Shown: positions 20,251-32,622, counted from the stretch's first letter. The stretch: DNA of 42,032 nucleotides from Methanosphaera sp. SHI613 (GCA_003266145.1 MVJJ01000092.1:1-42032), one strand, 5' to 3'. Numbers and translations are program-made. Notes: generated by a model not told the origin, from the sequence alone.

Positions 20251-21189
20251 ATGAAGAACGTAGACTTACTAGTATTAGGACACACTGCATTTGATTATAT
20301 AATGCAAGTAGAAGAATTTTCAAAACCGAACACGTCAGCAATAGTAAATAAAATGGAAACATTTAATGGTGGAGCTGCTGGAAACGTTGCCGTTGTTGCA
20401 AGTAAATTAGGATTGGATGTGGGATTAATATCATGTATTGGTAAAGATTTTAAGGACAGCGAATATGAAAAATACCTTAATGAATTAAATATTGACATTT
20501 CAGACATGATTGTATCTGAAAATGCTAACACGCCCACAGCATTTGTCTTGACAAATCCTGAAGATGAACAGATGTTCTACTTCTACTGGGGTGCAGCAGA
20601 AATGTACTCAAAATCAGAGATTCCTAAAGATGCAATAAATAAAGCCAAGGCAGTTCATTTAGCTACAGGTGATCCGGAATTCAACATTAAAGCGGGAAAA
20701 TATGCATATGAACAGAATAAATTAGTTTCATTCGATCCAGGACAGGATTTACATTTATACACAACGGACGATTTAAAAGAAGTTATCTCAAACTGTAACA
20801 TATTATTCGGTAATGAACATGAAATTGAACACATAAGTTATCTTCTTGAGAAGGAAATTGATGAACTACTCGAAGACGGACCTGAAATGATTGTGAAGAC
20901 CCTGGGTAAAAATGGAAGTATCATATACATGAAGGATGAAGACCCTACTGAAATAGAAGTGGTTACTACAGAGGCTTTCGACCCTACAGGTGCCGGAGAC
21001 TCCTACCGTGCAGCATTCTTAAGAATGTACCTTAGAGACAACAATATAAAAACTTGCGGTCGCTTTGCAAGTGCCGTTTCATCATATATCGTTGAAAGCC
21101 AGGGAACCCAGACAAATATTCCTTCAATAGACCAGGCACTCGAACGGATGGACAACAACTGGTCAGAAAGTACAGACAATATACTTTAA
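20251..21189 (+). CDS. PfkB/ribokinase-family nucleoside or carbohydrate kinase
   Basis: GGAAGNVA, SFDPGQ and DPTGAGDS signatures; likely ATG at 20251 after GAGGGTGA RBS. Confidence 0.92.
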   Translation: MKNVDLLVLGHTAFDYIMQVEEFSKPNTSAIVNKMETFNGGAAGNVAVVASKLGLDVGLISCIGKDFKDSEYEKYLNELNIDISDMIVSENANTPTAFVLTNPEDEQMFYFYWGAAEMYSKSEIPKDAINKAKAVHLATGDPEFNIKAGKYAYEQNKLVSFDPGQDLHLYTTDDLKEVISNCNILFGNEHEIEHISYLLEKEIDELLEDGPEMIVKTLGKNGSIIYMKDEDPTEIEVVTTEAFDPTGAGDSYRAAFLRMYLRDNNIKTCGRFASAVSSYIVESQGTQTNIPSIDQALERMDNNWSESTDNIL

Positions 21190-21576
21190 TTATTCTCCCC
21201 CTCCTTTTTTATCATAAAAATCATACACATTTTATCAAAGATTCACAATTTAATAATACCATCCACCAATTTTAATTAATTACTGAACCATTTAAATATC
21301 CAAAATTTACCAATTCCATAAGTGTAAAAAATACTTGAAAATCAGACTCACTTCTAAAACAACACTTTACTGATAATAAAAGATAATTTATGTAAATCAA
21401 GTAAAATAGATAAAAAAGGGTTGTAAATAGGTTTTATAATGCAACGTTTATATATGATTCAAACTTAAGTAAGTAATAGTTGATATGAAAGCAATCGTTG
21501 AAATAAATAATTCAACTTTTCATAAAAACATTCTAAAAATCTAAAAAAATCTAAAAATCAATAGGAAGTAATTATC

Positions 21577-22881
21577 ATGACACAAATGCAAGAAGCAAAA
21601 AAAGGTAATATTACCGAAGCCATGAAAAAAGTGGCTGAAGATGAAAAATTAGATGTTGAATATATTAGAAAAATGGTTGCAAAGGGATACATAGCTATAC
21701 CAGACAACAATCAAAGAGAAACCGTTGCAGTAGGTATCGGACAAAATTTACGTACCAAAGTAAATGCAACAATAGGTACCTCTACCGATATCATTGACGT
21801 AGATATGGAATTGGAAAAAGCAAAAATTGCAGAAGAAGCAGGTGCTGATACACTCATGGAATTAAGTATCGGTGGGGACTTAGATGCAATCAGAAGAAAA
21901 GTACTTGCAAATACCAAAAAACCTGTGGGTAGTGTCCCAATCTACCAAACAGCAGTAGAATCAATACAAAACAATGGATCTGCAATATACATGGATCCAG
22001 ATGATATGATTAAAAATATTGAAAAACAGGCAAAAGATGGTATAGATTTTATGGCCATTCACTGTTCAGTAAACAGGGAAACATTAAAAAGATTAAAACA
22101 TGAAGGTCGTAAAGGAGGACTAGTAAGCAGAGGAGGATCATTCATATCCTCATGGATGGTTGAAAATGATGCTGAAAATCCATTATATCAAAACTACGAT
22201 CAAATATTGGACATAGTGGAAGAATATGATGTATGTCTAAGTATGGCAAATGCCATGAGAGCTGGCGCATTAACCGATTCTACAGATAGAGCTCAGATAC
22301 AAGAACTAATTGTACTCGGTGAACTAGTAGACAGAGCTAGAGAAAGAGGAGTCCAAACAATCGTTGAAGGACCTGGACATATCCCAATCAATGAAATCGA
22401 AACAAACATCAACATTCAGAAAAAGATGTGTAAAAACGCCCCATTTTACATGTTAGGTCCAATAGTAACTGACATTGCACCTGCATACGACCATATAGTT
22501 TCCGCTATCGGTGCTGCACAATGTGCAAGATATGGTGCAGACTTCATATGTTACGTGACCCCTGCAGAACATTTAGCTTTACCTGGACGTAAGGATGTGA
22601 AGGATGGCGTAATAGCTACCAGAATCGGAGCTCACGCCGGAGATATAGCTGTAGATATGGAAAGATTCGGACAGCAGGACATCAAGATGGCTGATGCCAG
22701 AAAATCATTGAATTGGAAAAATCAATATGAATGTGCAATGTGGCCTGAAGATGCTCAAGCAATAAGAGATAAAAGACCACCTGAAGAGGCAGATACATGT
22801 ACAATGTGTGGACATTACTGTGCCATAAAAATCGTCAATCAATGGCTTGACAAAGCAGACGTTGACGCATTCGATGATTAA
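21577..22881 (+). CDS. ThiC-family radical SAM enzyme, probably BzaF/BzaB-like 5-hydroxybenzimidazole synthase
   Basis: [14 protein letters not shown] and CTMCGHYC mark the ThiC family. It has ADTLMELS and MANAMRAG instead of canonical ADxxMDLSTG and LGDGLRPG. Family is certain, subfamily inferred. Confidence 0.8.
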   Translation: MTQMQEAKKGNITEAMKKVAEDEKLDVEYIRKMVAKGYIAIPDNNQRETVAVGIGQNLRTKVNATIGTSTDIIDVDMELEKAKIAEEAGADTLMELSIGGDLDAIRRKVLANTKKPVGSVPIYQTAVESIQNNGSAIYMDPDDMIKNIEKQAKDGIDFMAIHCSVNRETLKRLKHEGRKGGLVSRGGSFISSWMVENDAENPLYQNYDQILDIVEEYDVCLSMANAMRAGALTDSTDRAQIQELIVLGELVDRARERGVQTIVEGPGHIPINEIETNINIQKKMCKNAPFYMLGPIVTDIAPAYDHIVSAIGAAQCARYGADFICYVTPAEHLALPGRKDVKDGVIATRIGAHAGDIAVDMERFGQQDIKMADARKSLNWKNQYECAMWPEDAQAIRDKRPPEEADTCTMCGHYCAIKIVNQWLDKADVDAFDD

Positions 22882-22912
22882 AAAAATAGTATTATCCAAT
22901 AAATAAATAAAA

Positions 22913-22943
22913 AAATAGGAATTATCCTATTTATCCTTTTTTT
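22913..22943. terminator. Probable bidirectional terminator between convergent genes
   Basis: AAATAGGA-atta-TCCTATTT hairpin flanked by an A run and a T run. Confidence 0.55.
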
Positions 22944-22957
22944 AAAATAGTTAAATA

Positions 22958-23611
22958 TTATGGTGCAAAGAATTTTGTAACTTCTTTAACGTAATCCGCC
23001 TTGGACAACACGGATATTTTCTGATTTTGATGGAAAACTGTGTCTTTCTGTGGAATGACAAGTTCACCATCTTCATAGACGGCACATACGATATAATTTT
23101 CTGTAGGACTATACTCCAACACCGGCTTTCCATATAGTTGACTGTTTTCTATTCTTAAATCCAAAAGTTCTGTAGTTCCCCTACCAAGTACTATCAAATC
23201 AGCCACTTTTGGCCTTGTAATGACCCTTTCAAGGTATGCTGCCACTGTTGACTCAGGACTTACAGTAATGTCTATACCTACTTTCTTAAATGCATTTACG
23301 TGAGCCAGATCATTTACACGTGCAATAATCTTGGTAACGTTTTCATAATTCTGACATAATACTGAAGCCAATAGGTTGATACTATCTTTTCCTGTTGCCG
23401 CTACAAAAACATCGGCATCATTTATATCCGCATCCTCCAATACCTGTATTGAAGTTGCATCACCATGGATTACCATTGCATCCGTCTGTTCTGCTATTTC
23501 TTCTGATTTTGAATATTCACTTTCAATTATAGTTACGTTTATACCTTCTCTAATTAATGATTGGGAGAGGTTTAGTCCAACCCTTCCACCACCAACGATA
23601 ATCACATACAT
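22958..23611 (-). CDS. trkA: TrkA-family potassium-uptake NAD-binding (RCK) protein
   Basis: MYVIIVGGGRVG Rossmann motif, HGDAT, VSPE and a TrkA-C domain; start at 23611 is likelier than 23701. Confidence 0.9.
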   Translation of the reverse strand: MYVIIVGGGRVGLNLSQSLIREGINVTIIESEYSKSEEIAEQTDAMVIHGDATSIQVLEDADINDADVFVAATGKDSINLLASVLCQNYENVTKIIARVNDLAHVNAFKKVGIDITVSPESTVAAYLERVITRPKVADLIVLGRGTTELLDLRIENSQLYGKPVLEYSPTENYIVCAVYEDGELVIPQKDTVFHQNQKISVLSKADYVKEVTKFFAP

Positions 23612-23885
23612 TCCTGTCACCATAATATAATTTATAATATTATATTTTCTTAAAGAAATATAAAAATGGTTATGATAAAAAATATTAAACATCAAAAACA
23701 AATAATTATATAATATATTTTAATGAAATATCAAACATCATATATTAAGTTTACAAACTTTAAAATTATCATATGAAGATAAATAGAAGTTATTTAATGA
23801 ATAAACTAATTTTAAGACAATAACCTCAATAATAAAGTTTTATACTTATCTTTTTACATTACAAAAAAATAGTTTTAGTGATAAA

Positions 23886-25475
23886 ATGAGTAAACATTGG
23901 ACAGAAAGAATTGCAGAAGAATTAAGCAAAGAAGATAGAGATGAATATGTAGTTGGAAGTGGAACATCAATTTCAGGTTCAATACATATAGGTAACAGTT
24001 GTGACGTATTTATAGCAAATGCAGTAAGTAAGGAATTAAGAAAACTTGGCAAAAATGCAAGAACCTTATGGATTGCAGATGATTATGATCCATTAAGAAA
24101 AGTCCCATACCCATTACCTGAGTCATACAGCCAATACCTTGGACAGCCATACTATGAGATACCATGTCCTGAAGGTTGCTGTGAGAACTTTGTAGAGCAC
24201 TTCCAAAAACCGTTTACAGAAGCATTAACCTCATTTGATATTGAAAACTTAGAGATAAAAAGTGGGGCTTACATGTATAAAAATGGTCTTTATACGGAAG
24301 CTACAAGACTAGCACTTGAAAATGCAGAGAGAATAAGAGAAATTTTCAACCAATATAGGGAACATCCGTTAAAAGAATACTGGCTCCCATATAATCCAAT
24401 CTGTAGCGAATGTGGAAGAGTAAATACAACCGAAGCATACGACTATGAAGGAACCACAGTCAAATATAGATGTGAATGTGGTCATGAAGGCGAAATGGAT
24501 TACACTACAGGTAAAGGTAAACTCACATGGAGGGTAGAATGGGCTGCAAGATGGAAAATACTAAACATAACATGCGAACCATTCGGTAAAGACCATGCTG
24601 CAAGTGGTGGATCATATGATGTAAGTAAAATAATATCAGAGGAAATATTCAATTATCCAGCACCATATCCTGTTCCATATGAATGGATTACATTAGACGG
24701 AGATGCTATGAGTAAATCAAAAGGAGTATTCTTCAGTCCGGAAGCATGGCTTAAAATAGGAAAACCTGAAACATTGAATTACTTCATATTCAGAAACAAA
24801 CCTTTAAAACCTAAAGATTTCTCACCGAAAATGGGATTCCTTGATTTAATGGACCAGTATGACAGGGTAGAACGTATAGCTTACGACATTGAGGAAGCAA
24901 GTAATGACAAGGAAAAAGAAAAACTAACAAAAATATATGAAATTGCACAGATTAATGAATTAACAGATGAAATGCCTTTCCAACCATCATACAGGTTCCT
25001 AACAGTAAGTTACCAGATTGCCAATGGAGATGCCGCAAAAATATACGAAATACTAAAAAAGAATCATCAGTTACCTGAAAGATTAGAAGACGTTTCATAT
25101 GATGACTTATCCGACTGGGATAAAGAGACATACCTGCAAAGATTAGAACACGTAAACAACTGGCTAGAAACATATGCTCCTAAATTCGTTAAATTCCAGG
25201 TTATGAAGAAGATGCCAAGAATTGAACTTACCCCTGAACAGGAAGAGTTCTTAAGACAACTGGCAGATGTACTTGAAAATGAGGAATTTGATGATGATGC
25301 TGCTTTCCACGACAGAATGTATGATGTACTTGAATCATTGGAGATGAAACCTCAAAAAGCATTCCAGGCAATATATAAAACCATTATAGGTAAAAAACAA
25401 GGTCCTAGAGCTGCTTCATTTGTGTTATCATTAGATAAGGACTTTGTTGTAAAAAGATTCAGATTAGAAGAATAA
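23886..25475 (+). CDS. lysS: Class I lysyl-tRNA synthetase
   Basis: SGSIHIGN (HIGH), [14 protein letters not shown] (KMSKS), GPRA. Confidence 0.97.
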   Translation: MSKHWTERIAEELSKEDRDEYVVGSGTSISGSIHIGNSCDVFIANAVSKELRKLGKNARTLWIADDYDPLRKVPYPLPESYSQYLGQPYYEIPCPEGCCENFVEHFQKPFTEALTSFDIENLEIKSGAYMYKNGLYTEATRLALENAERIREIFNQYREHPLKEYWLPYNPICSECGRVNTTEAYDYEGTTVKYRCECGHEGEMDYTTGKGKLTWRVEWAARWKILNITCEPFGKDHAASGGSYDVSKIISEEIFNYPAPYPVPYEWITLDGDAMSKSKGVFFSPEAWLKIGKPETLNYFIFRNKPLKPKDFSPKMGFLDLMDQYDRVERIAYDIEEASNDKEKEKLTKIYEIAQINELTDEMPFQPSYRFLTVSYQIANGDAAKIYEILKKNHQLPERLEDVSYDDLSDWDKETYLQRLEHVNNWLETYAPKFVKFQVMKKMPRIELTPEQEEFLRQLADVLENEEFDDDAAFHDRMYDVLESLEMKPQKAFQAIYKTIIGKKQGPRAASFVLSLDKDFVVKRFRLEE

Positions 25476-25614
25476 TCCCTTTTTACCATTTTTTTTTATT
25501 ACTTTTTTTTGAAATTTTGAAGAAAAAAATAATTTAATCTCCCAATAGATAAATGTTTGAAACTTAGCTTTTTTTGTTTTATGATATTTTTTGTCAAGAC
25601 ACATCACATAATAA

Positions 25615-26484
25615 TCAGATGTGTTCAAAGCCAAATTTTTCAGTTAATTTTTGTGCACGATGCGATGCAAAATTAAGAAAATTCTCTATGGAAGTATCAT
25701 TTTTAACATTCAAAGCACTGATTATATGTTGTGTCTGTTTGGAAATTACATCATAAGTATATTGACATCTATAGGACATGCTTTTATTTACAAAAGTATA
25801 CAATGAATCATCCTCTTCAACCAATTTAATGGCTTCATGGAATGAATTAACCACCCTAACAATGTCAAAATCCAAATCATAATCAGCCAATGTATTCCAT
25901 GCAAGTCGATGTGCAGATTCCTCAACCTCAACAAATTTAAGGCCATCAAGATCATGAACATCCCTAAACTCCTCTTTCTTATTTGACAGCAATAATAAGT
26001 TATCCCTTGCAAGTGGTGTAGGTTCCAAATTCATCATATATGCACGTACCGGATCGTCAAAACTTAAAATATCCACCATTCCCTGATTAGTAAGTTTGAT
26101 TGCCGAATGCATATCAGTCTGCAATATACGTACATCGATTCTATAAGCCATAGCCAACTGCCTTAAAAACTCACAGGAAACAAAACCACCCGATATGGTG
26201 ATGACATCATCATCATCCAGACGCTGTTCATATATTTCATAATCAGATAATATTCCCCTTGCATACTCCGTCAAAGAAGAACCCTTGTTTGATACCGTGA
26301 CCAACTTTTTATTTAACGAATTTTCAGCATTCAAAATCCTACGATTCAATACTGTATGTGAAATGTTTAATGATGATGCAGCCTTCCTTTGAGACTTATG
26401 CTTATCAATTGCCCTTAACGTGTCGAATAACTTATAGTCAAAGAGGATATCGTCGACCTCATAGTTTAACTTTTTATCTACCAT
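25615..26484 (-). CDS. ModE/LysR-type winged-HTH transcriptional regulator
   Basis: SQRKAASSLNISHTVLNRRILNAE...GSSLT HTH plus C-terminal substrate-binding-like domain; likely start MVDKK at 26484. Confidence 0.8.
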   Translation of the reverse strand: MVDKKLNYEVDDILFDYKLFDTLRAIDKHKSQRKAASSLNISHTVLNRRILNAENSLNKKLVTVSNKGSSLTEYARGILSDYEIYEQRLDDDDVITISGGFVSCEFLRQLAMAYRIDVRILQTDMHSAIKLTNQGMVDILSFDDPVRAYMMNLEPTPLARDNLLLLSNKKEEFRDVHDLDGLKFVEVEESAHRLAWNTLADYDLDFDIVRVVNSFHEAIKLVEEDDSLYTFVNKSMSYRCQYTYDVISKQTQHIISALNVKNDTSIENFLNFASHRAQKLTEKFGFEHI

Positions 26485-26785
26485 AATAAACACTTCACTA
26501 CGACCATTCATAGCCAAATACTAAATTAAAACCTATTCTTCTTTATGTTATCATTTATACATATATTTTATTTAGGATTTAAAAGTCTTGTCGACAGAAA
26601 GAATACATCCTTTAGGATAGAAATAACACAGTTATCGTCCGCGACAGAAAAAATATTATCAATAACGATAAAATGTAAATATATATTTCAACATACATAT
26701 AAATAGGAAATATTATTTTTCTACAAAATAATTCGTAGTTAAAAAAATAGAATATATATTAGATAATACAGAGGGAATATTAAAA

Positions 26786-27370
26786 ATGATATATCATGAT
26801 GCTGTTAATGAAATAATAAGTAATGTTAAAAAATCAACGGAAGAAGTAAATCCAGAAAATCTTTCTGACATGATAAACATGATTAAAGAAGTAGATAGTA
26901 TATTTGTAATGGGATTAGGTCGTTCCGGTTTGGTAGCAAAAGCATTTGCAATGCGTCTTATGCATTTAGGGTTAAATGTTTACGTTGTAGGCGAAACAAT
27001 CACTCCTGCCATTACAGAAAATGATTGTCTTATTGCAATTTCCGGTTCTGGTGAGACAAGTTACATCCTAAGTACTACAAGTATCGCCAAGAAAATCGGT
27101 TCAAAGATAATAGCTATCACTTCCTATCCGGACAGTTCTTTAGGTCAAAGTGCAGATATAGTTGTTCAGTTAAAAGGAAGAACAAAAATTGAAAGTGAAC
27201 CTAGTTACATTAAACGTCAAATAAGTGGACAACATCAAACATTATCCCCTCTTGGTACATTATTCGAAATAAGTGCATTAATATTCCTGGATTCAACTAT
27301 TGCAGAGTTAATGCATGTTTTAGGTCAGACGGAAAAAGATTTAAAAGCAAGGCATACAGTGTTAGAATAG
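26786..27370 (+). CDS. hxlB: 6-phospho-3-hexuloisomerase
   Basis: [31 protein letters not shown]-terminal RHTVLE. Confidence 0.95.
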   Translation: MIYHDAVNEIISNVKKSTEEVNPENLSDMINMIKEVDSIFVMGLGRSGLVAKAFAMRLMHLGLNVYVVGETITPAITENDCLIAISGSGETSYILSTTSIAKKIGSKIIAITSYPDSSLGQSADIVVQLKGRTKIESEPSYIKRQISGQHQTLSPLGTLFEISALIFLDSTIAELMHVLGQTEKDLKARHTVLE

Positions 27371-27463
27371 ATTATTCTAACCATCATCTTTTTTATTAAA
27401 AAAACATCTCATTTACCAAAATTAATTAAAAAAAATAATTGAAGTAATAGGATAACAGTACGT

Positions 27464-27736
27464 TTAAACTATTATCAAAGTAATTTCATCATCATCCATA
27501 GTGTATCTTATCTCTACAAGCTCTTTTTTAATTTCATCAATGTTGATGTCAACTGTTTGATGAAGCAATTGTCCCTGTAACCGTAAAGTGAGTATCAAAT
27601 CGTCATCATCATTTATATTTAACAGGATTCCTGGAATAAAAACCCTGTTGAATGATATTTCAAGCAATGAATTTTCAGAGAAGTTGTTTATTATAAACTT
27701 ATTCAATTCATCCTCGCTTATTCTTACAGTATTCAT
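27464..27736 (-). CDS. Small conserved methanogen protein (DUF2097-like) at the end of the fwd operon
   Basis: 90 aa with LEISFNRVFIPG; starts 4 nt after the fwdC stop. Confidence 0.7.
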   Translation of the reverse strand: MNTVRISEDELNKFIINNFSENSLLEISFNRVFIPGILLNINDDDDLILTLRLQGQLLHQTVDINIDEIKKELVEIRYTMDDDEITLIIV

Positions 27737-27740
27737 AGTA

Positions 27741-28532
27741 CTACCTGATTTTTACCCATAGATGACCTTTACCGTTTGCTCCGATATCACCGATGTATAA
27801 TTTATATCTTCCAATGAAATATCTGTTATTTATAAGTGGATTGTGTATTATCTCCTGAAGTTTAAATCCTTGAAGCATATCCTTAATGTGGCCGTTTACC
27901 ACTATCGTTCCTTTCTTCATTTGACCTCCAGGCCAACTTTCCACATCACCGTCTATCTGTATGAAACCACCAGCCATGTGAACGCCTGGAAGAATATCAC
28001 AGTTTCCCTTGATGTGTATATGGCCTTTCATCATACAGTCAGCCAATTGTTTTCCGGCATCAGCTTCAACTATTATCGTTCCACCGTTCATTCCTCTCCA
28101 TTCACCGACATAAGATGAGCCACAAAATTCCCTTACGCTGCCGTTTACCTTTATTAATCCACCGGTCATTTCTCTTCCAAGATAGCTTTCAGCGTTACCA
28201 TTTATCACCAGACGTCCTCCGGACATCATTGAACCGGCGTGTAAATCAACGTTACCGTTGGCTATTATGCTACCACAGGACATCTTGTTTCCTATATATT
28301 TTATCCTATCAAGGTTTCCATTTATTATCAATTTACAGTCACAGGCCTCATCACAGGAGCCTTCAACATTTATTTCAAAGAATTCTCCTAATTTTTTCTC
28401 CTTGTTTCCCTGATAGATTATGGTATTTCCTATTTCTTCAATGCTTTTATCATACAATAGTTCAGGCAGAACATTATCAAATTCCAATGGAATTTTAACT
28501 GTTTTAGTTAAGGTTATCTCGACTATTTTCAT
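27741..28532 (-). CDS. fwdC: Formylmethanofuran dehydrogenase subunit C
   Basis: GxxMxxG beta-helix repeats and GEWRGMNGG; start either ATG 28532 or GTG 28541. Confidence 0.95.
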   Translation of the reverse strand: MKIVEITLTKTVKIPLEFDNVLPELLYDKSIEEIGNTIIYQGNKEKKLGEFFEINVEGSCDEACDCKLIINGNLDRIKYIGNKMSCGSIIANGNVDLHAGSMMSGGRLVINGNAESYLGREMTGGLIKVNGSVREFCGSSYVGEWRGMNGGTIIVEADAGKQLADCMMKGHIHIKGNCDILPGVHMAGGFIQIDGDVESWPGGQMKKGTIVVNGHIKDMLQGFKLQEIIHNPLINNRYFIGRYKLYIGDIGANGKGHLWVKIR

Positions 28533-28537
28533 ATTAA

Positions 28538-30265
28538 TCACTGCTCTTTTGAATATTTTATGTCATATCTGGTGTCCGGTTTAATGTAATGGTCGTTGAC
28601 CCCATAATTTTCATACTTGATTGTATAATACTTATTGAATAAAGGTTTTATTGACTTAATCAACTCTTTTTCTTTATCCTCTAATCCACATACATTACAC
28701 CATAGATGATTACTTTCAACCAATTTTACTATTTGACCATCTTTTACCATTATATTACCATCTTTTATGGTAAGTAAGCTGTTTAATAATTTCTTTTCCA
28801 GTATTTTAGAGTTTGACTTTAATGTTGGGTCAAAGTCATCAACGTTGATATCATAAACGCTTACGTCGGCCTTAGCACCGATACCTAGATGTCCCCTGTC
28901 ATTTAATCCCAATATTTTGGCAGGACTTGCACGGGTAATCACGGCAATGTCATTCCAGGAGTATTCCCTGTCATAGGAGGCTATTGCAGTACGTCTTGTA
29001 GCCCAATTATGTACTTCGTTATCCAGCATGTCATTTAGCTTTTCATTACTCATGAGCCATGATATTACCCTAGGATATCTTATGAATGGTCCCCCGTTTG
29101 GTGAATCTGTAGTTAATGCTATTTTCCATGGATCTTTAACACCAAAGAAGAATTCAAGTCCTACGGCCCATTGCAATACGCTTACTGGTGCCTTTTTAGA
29201 GTATATTGAAGGTATTAATCCGGAAGCCGTTTCAACTTCAATGTCCTTGTTGGCCCATTTTAGTCCTGTTAGTCTGAATAGGTCATACTCCATTGGTGCA
29301 TCAGCAGTCATAGTGGTTGTTTCATCAAATGTTATCTGACCCACGTCACAAGTCAGATGATCGTTTTTGTTTATGTAATCTATCAGTTCCGTTGCTCCGG
29401 ATGTCACATCCCTCCAGGAAGTACCCTTATACGCATGGAATTGAACGTGAGTACAATGCATTATCTGGTCTCTTTCGACGTTTTTATTTTTCTTTAATCC
29501 TTTTACGCAGTCAAACGTCTCCAATGTTGTTTCATAATTACCTGGATGGCCCAGATCATTAGTATGAACATGAACAGAATGTGGAAGACCAAGTCTTTCG
29601 TTTACCTTGACCAGTGATGTAATCACTTCTCTACCTGTGACATTCCAGTGAGGTTCGGGATCATCCAAACCGTCCACATTCTTTCCCCAACCCCATGCTT
29701 CACTTCCACATGGATTAACTATCTTTATACCATATCCCTTGGCCAGTTTTAGCCATTTGGATATGAATAATGTCAAGTTATCCATGTTGTTTTCCTTAAC
29801 GTATTTAAGCATGAACCAATTGTTTCCGAATAATGTTAACGTTGGAATATCAAGGTTTGGAATGCTTTTTATTTCTTCATGAGCATGTTTTGATTCAAGT
29901 GGAGGTACTGCTGCCTCGGTTACTGTAGTGTATCCCATCTTGGTGTAACGGTATCCTATCGTTGGACAGGAGGGTATTGAAAAACCTGTTTCGAATCCCT
30001 GAACGGAATTTGGTGCTTTTTTTATTCCTTTTCTGGTATCCTCCGGTCGATATAATCTACCCACTGCAAGTTTAGGCCCTGCTATGTGTGAATGTAAATC
30101 CACACCTCCAGGCATTACGAGCTTACCTGAGACGTCAAGAACCTTTGCATCGGATGAGACTTTGTCTGTGATGAATCCATCTTTTATAAGTATATCCTTT
30201 GATTCACCGTTTATATTGTTTTTAGGATCAAATATTACTCCGCCTTTTAATATGTACTCCATCAT
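28538..30265 (-). CDS. fwdA: Formylmethanofuran dehydrogenase subunit A (amidohydrolase)
   Basis: [42 protein letters not shown] overlap with fwdB. Confidence 0.96.
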   Translation of the reverse strand: MMEYILKGGVIFDPKNNINGESKDILIKDGFITDKVSSDAKVLDVSGKLVMPGGVDLHSHIAGPKLAVGRLYRPEDTRKGIKKAPNSVQGFETGFSIPSCPTIGYRYTKMGYTTVTEAAVPPLESKHAHEEIKSIPNLDIPTLTLFGNNWFMLKYVKENNMDNLTLFISKWLKLAKGYGIKIVNPCGSEAWGWGKNVDGLDDPEPHWNVTGREVITSLVKVNERLGLPHSVHVHTNDLGHPGNYETTLETFDCVKGLKKNKNVERDQIMHCTHVQFHAYKGTSWRDVTSGATELIDYINKNDHLTCDVGQITFDETTTMTADAPMEYDLFRLTGLKWANKDIEVETASGLIPSIYSKKAPVSVLQWAVGLEFFFGVKDPWKIALTTDSPNGGPFIRYPRVISWLMSNEKLNDMLDNEVHNWATRRTAIASYDREYSWNDIAVITRASPAKILGLNDRGHLGIGAKADVSVYDINVDDFDPTLKSNSKILEKKLLNSLLTIKDGNIMVKDGQIVKLVESNHLWCNVCGLEDKEKELIKSIKPLFNKYYTIKYENYGVNDHYIKPDTRYDIKYSKEQ

Positions 30266-31605
30266 AACTCCCCATTATTTTCTTTTAATGAGTTAATCCG
30301 TTGATTTAACTGATTTAATATCCACTCATCAGAATGACAATTTTCAGGTTTTTCAACCACTTTTTTCATAAACAATGGAATTGAATCCATACGATAACCG
30401 GTACCCTCTGTTTCAACACCTATTCTTGTACTCGGAAGGACTATATCAGAAAGCTCCGTGTATGGCCCCCAATGAGTATCAATTTGGACTACAGGAATAT
30501 CAACCAGATGTCTTATGGAATAACCCGGAAATTGAACTCCAGGATCTGCCGCTACTGCTAAAAAGAAGTCAGGTTCTCGTCTGTTTAGTAAGTCAATTGT
30601 TGTTGTTTCTCCAACCATGTATCTGGGATATCCCCTTGAAAAGTCAACTCCATAAGGATAACCGGTTTGGGTAGTCATTGCTATGTTAAATCCGTTGACG
30701 TTGAAAAATCCCCTCATAGGCAACATTGACCATTTGGTGTATCTGTTTAAATCTTCGATTAGTTGAATCAATATGTCCACATTTCTCTGTTTTGCAATTG
30801 TCTGTGATAATCCTAATCCAAAGAATAATGAACCGCATTCAGCATTTTTCATGGTGTCAACCAATTCACATATCTTTTCTGTTTTAACACCTGCCACCTC
30901 ATCAACATCCAACGTGTTACCTTTGAGTATCATTCTCATTGCATTGAATAGTTCATAATCCTCATTTACATTAAATTGTATCCATTCATCAGACACCTTG
31001 GCAGTATTTGTATACTTTGGATCCAATGTAATCAGTGTCCTATCATCCCGCCCGTTTGGTCTGAAATATCCTTCTGCGAATGTCGTGTATCTGGACAGAT
31101 GTCTTGGATGATCGTCCATAGGATTTGTTCCGACATATATTACCACATCGGATCTATTCTTTACCTCACCAAGTGTCATTACAGGGTGTCCTACATTTTG
31201 AAATGCCTGAATGGTGGTTCCATGACATATCGTTGACTGATTGTCTATGACAGAACCAGTCGTTTCTGCCAGCTTAATTCCCTCATTGATTGCTTCAACG
31301 GATGTTTCTCCCCATCCATAGAGTACCGGCCTTTGGCTATTATAGAGTAAATTTGCAACCTTATCCAATGCCACGTCCCATGTTGTCTCTTCAAGAATTC
31401 CATCTTCGTTACGAATTAATGGATTAAGTAGCCTTTGGTCTTGATCGTTTATTATCTTACTGGCACCTAATCTGCAGGCATGTCTTACCCCCACAATTTT
31501 CTTATCCTTCAGGAGATATGTTATGTCATCACAGTTATTTCCACAATATGAACAACAGCAATTTCTTACCTCTTCATCATAATCTGTAATCGGTTTATGT
31601 TCCAT
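30262..31605 (-). CDS. fwdB: Formylmethanofuran dehydrogenase subunit B (divergent)
   Basis: [11 protein letters not shown]e-S motif, [29 protein letters not shown]. Confidence 0.93.
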   Translation of the reverse strand: MEHKPITDYDEEVRNCCCSYCGNNCDDITYLLKDKKIVGVRHACRLGASKIINDQDQRLLNPLIRNEDGILEETTWDVALDKVANLLYNSQRPVLYGWGETSVEAINEGIKLAETTGSVIDNQSTICHGTTIQAFQNVGHPVMTLGEVKNRSDVVIYVGTNPMDDHPRHLSRYTTFAEGYFRPNGRDDRTLITLDPKYTNTAKVSDEWIQFNVNEDYELFNAMRMILKGNTLDVDEVAGVKTEKICELVDTMKNAECGSLFFGLGLSQTIAKQRNVDILIQLIEDLNRYTKWSMLPMRGFFNVNGFNIAMTTQTGYPYGVDFSRGYPRYMVGETTTIDLLNRREPDFFLAVAADPGVQFPGYSIRHLVDIPVVQIDTHWGPYTELSDIVLPSTRIGVETEGTGYRMDSIPLFMKKVVEKPENCHSDEWILNQLNQRINSLKENNGEL

Positions 31606-31608
31606 GAT

Positions 31609-32061
31609 TTAACCTCTCTTTATGTATACAGGTAATTGGCCTAATGATTCATCACTTTTTGATGGGTATTTGTTGTATGTCTTTCTCATCAAATCGGCGA
31701 CCAATAAAACTTCCTTATCCGATTTTCTTATTGTTCCCCTGATTCCCTTGAATGTGGGGATATTGCAACAATATGTTTCTGGACTGACTATGATATTTGC
31801 CCATGGACCCTTTGGAATAAAAATCATGCCTTTATGTGGAGCATCATGTGATATGTCCACATATAACGTTACTTCACCCCATTTTGTGATTACATCTATC
31901 TTATCTCTGGGATTTAATGACAATAGCTGCATATCCTCTGAATCCATAAAAGCTACTGCAGTTGCCTGTCTGTATTCATCCTTCAATGTTGAACCTTTCT
32001 TCTCATAAAATGCCTGGATAATACTTGAACCTGTATTAATGATAACATCTAATTCATCCAT
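31609..32061 (-). CDS. fwdD: Formylmethanofuran dehydrogenase subunit D
   Basis: GMIFIPKGPWAN and PTFKG; molybdopterin-dinucleotide-binding fold; operon position. Confidence 0.92.
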   Translation of the reverse strand: MDELDVIINTGSSIIQAFYEKKGSTLKDEYRQATAVAFMDSEDMQLLSLNPRDKIDVITKWGEVTLYVDISHDAPHKGMIFIPKGPWANIIVSPETYCCNIPTFKGIRGTIRKSDKEVLLVADLMRKTYNKYPSKSDESLGQLPVYIKRG

Positions 32062-32062
32062 T

Positions 32063-32296
32063 TTAATTCTCCTTATGATAAATAGCCTTTGTCGGACATG
32101 TCTGATTACATTTCATACATTCTTTACATTTTTCCGGGTGAAACAATGTGATTACCCCATTTTCCACCAACATGATAACTTCAGTAGTATTCGGCCCACT
32201 TCCTCCACTGATTTGTGGACAGATACTCTGATTAACCGGACATACTATTACACATGCCCCACATCCTAAACAATAATCCTGATTAACTTTTAACAT
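32063..32296 (-). CDS. fwdG: Formylmethanofuran dehydrogenase subunit G (2[4Fe-4S])
   Basis: CLGCGACVIVCPVN, GGSGP and CKECMKCNQTCP. Confidence 0.9.
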   Translation of the reverse strand: MLKVNQDYCLGCGACVIVCPVNQSICPQISGGSGPNTTEVIMLVENGVITLFHPEKCKECMKCNQTCPTKAIYHKEN

Positions 32297-32622
32297 GAAA
32301 TACTCCTCAATTATTCAAAAAAATATTATTAAATTAGTTATTTACAATATAATTTAAATTCTAAAAAAGTCTTAATATTTAAAAATCCATTAAAGAAGTT
32401 TACTATTCACTCTTTGAATAAAATTATATTTTTTTTAGTTAATATAAATTTACATGATTGTATATCCGAATCAAATAATTAAAAAATTTTTCTTATAAAA
32501 AATTGATTCGATAATCAAAAATAATTCAATGCGAAATTAAGTAACAATAGTTAAAAGTGTTGAATTACAAAAATAATATTATAAAAAATATATTTTTATA
32601 GAAATATTCGGATGTAGTAAAT

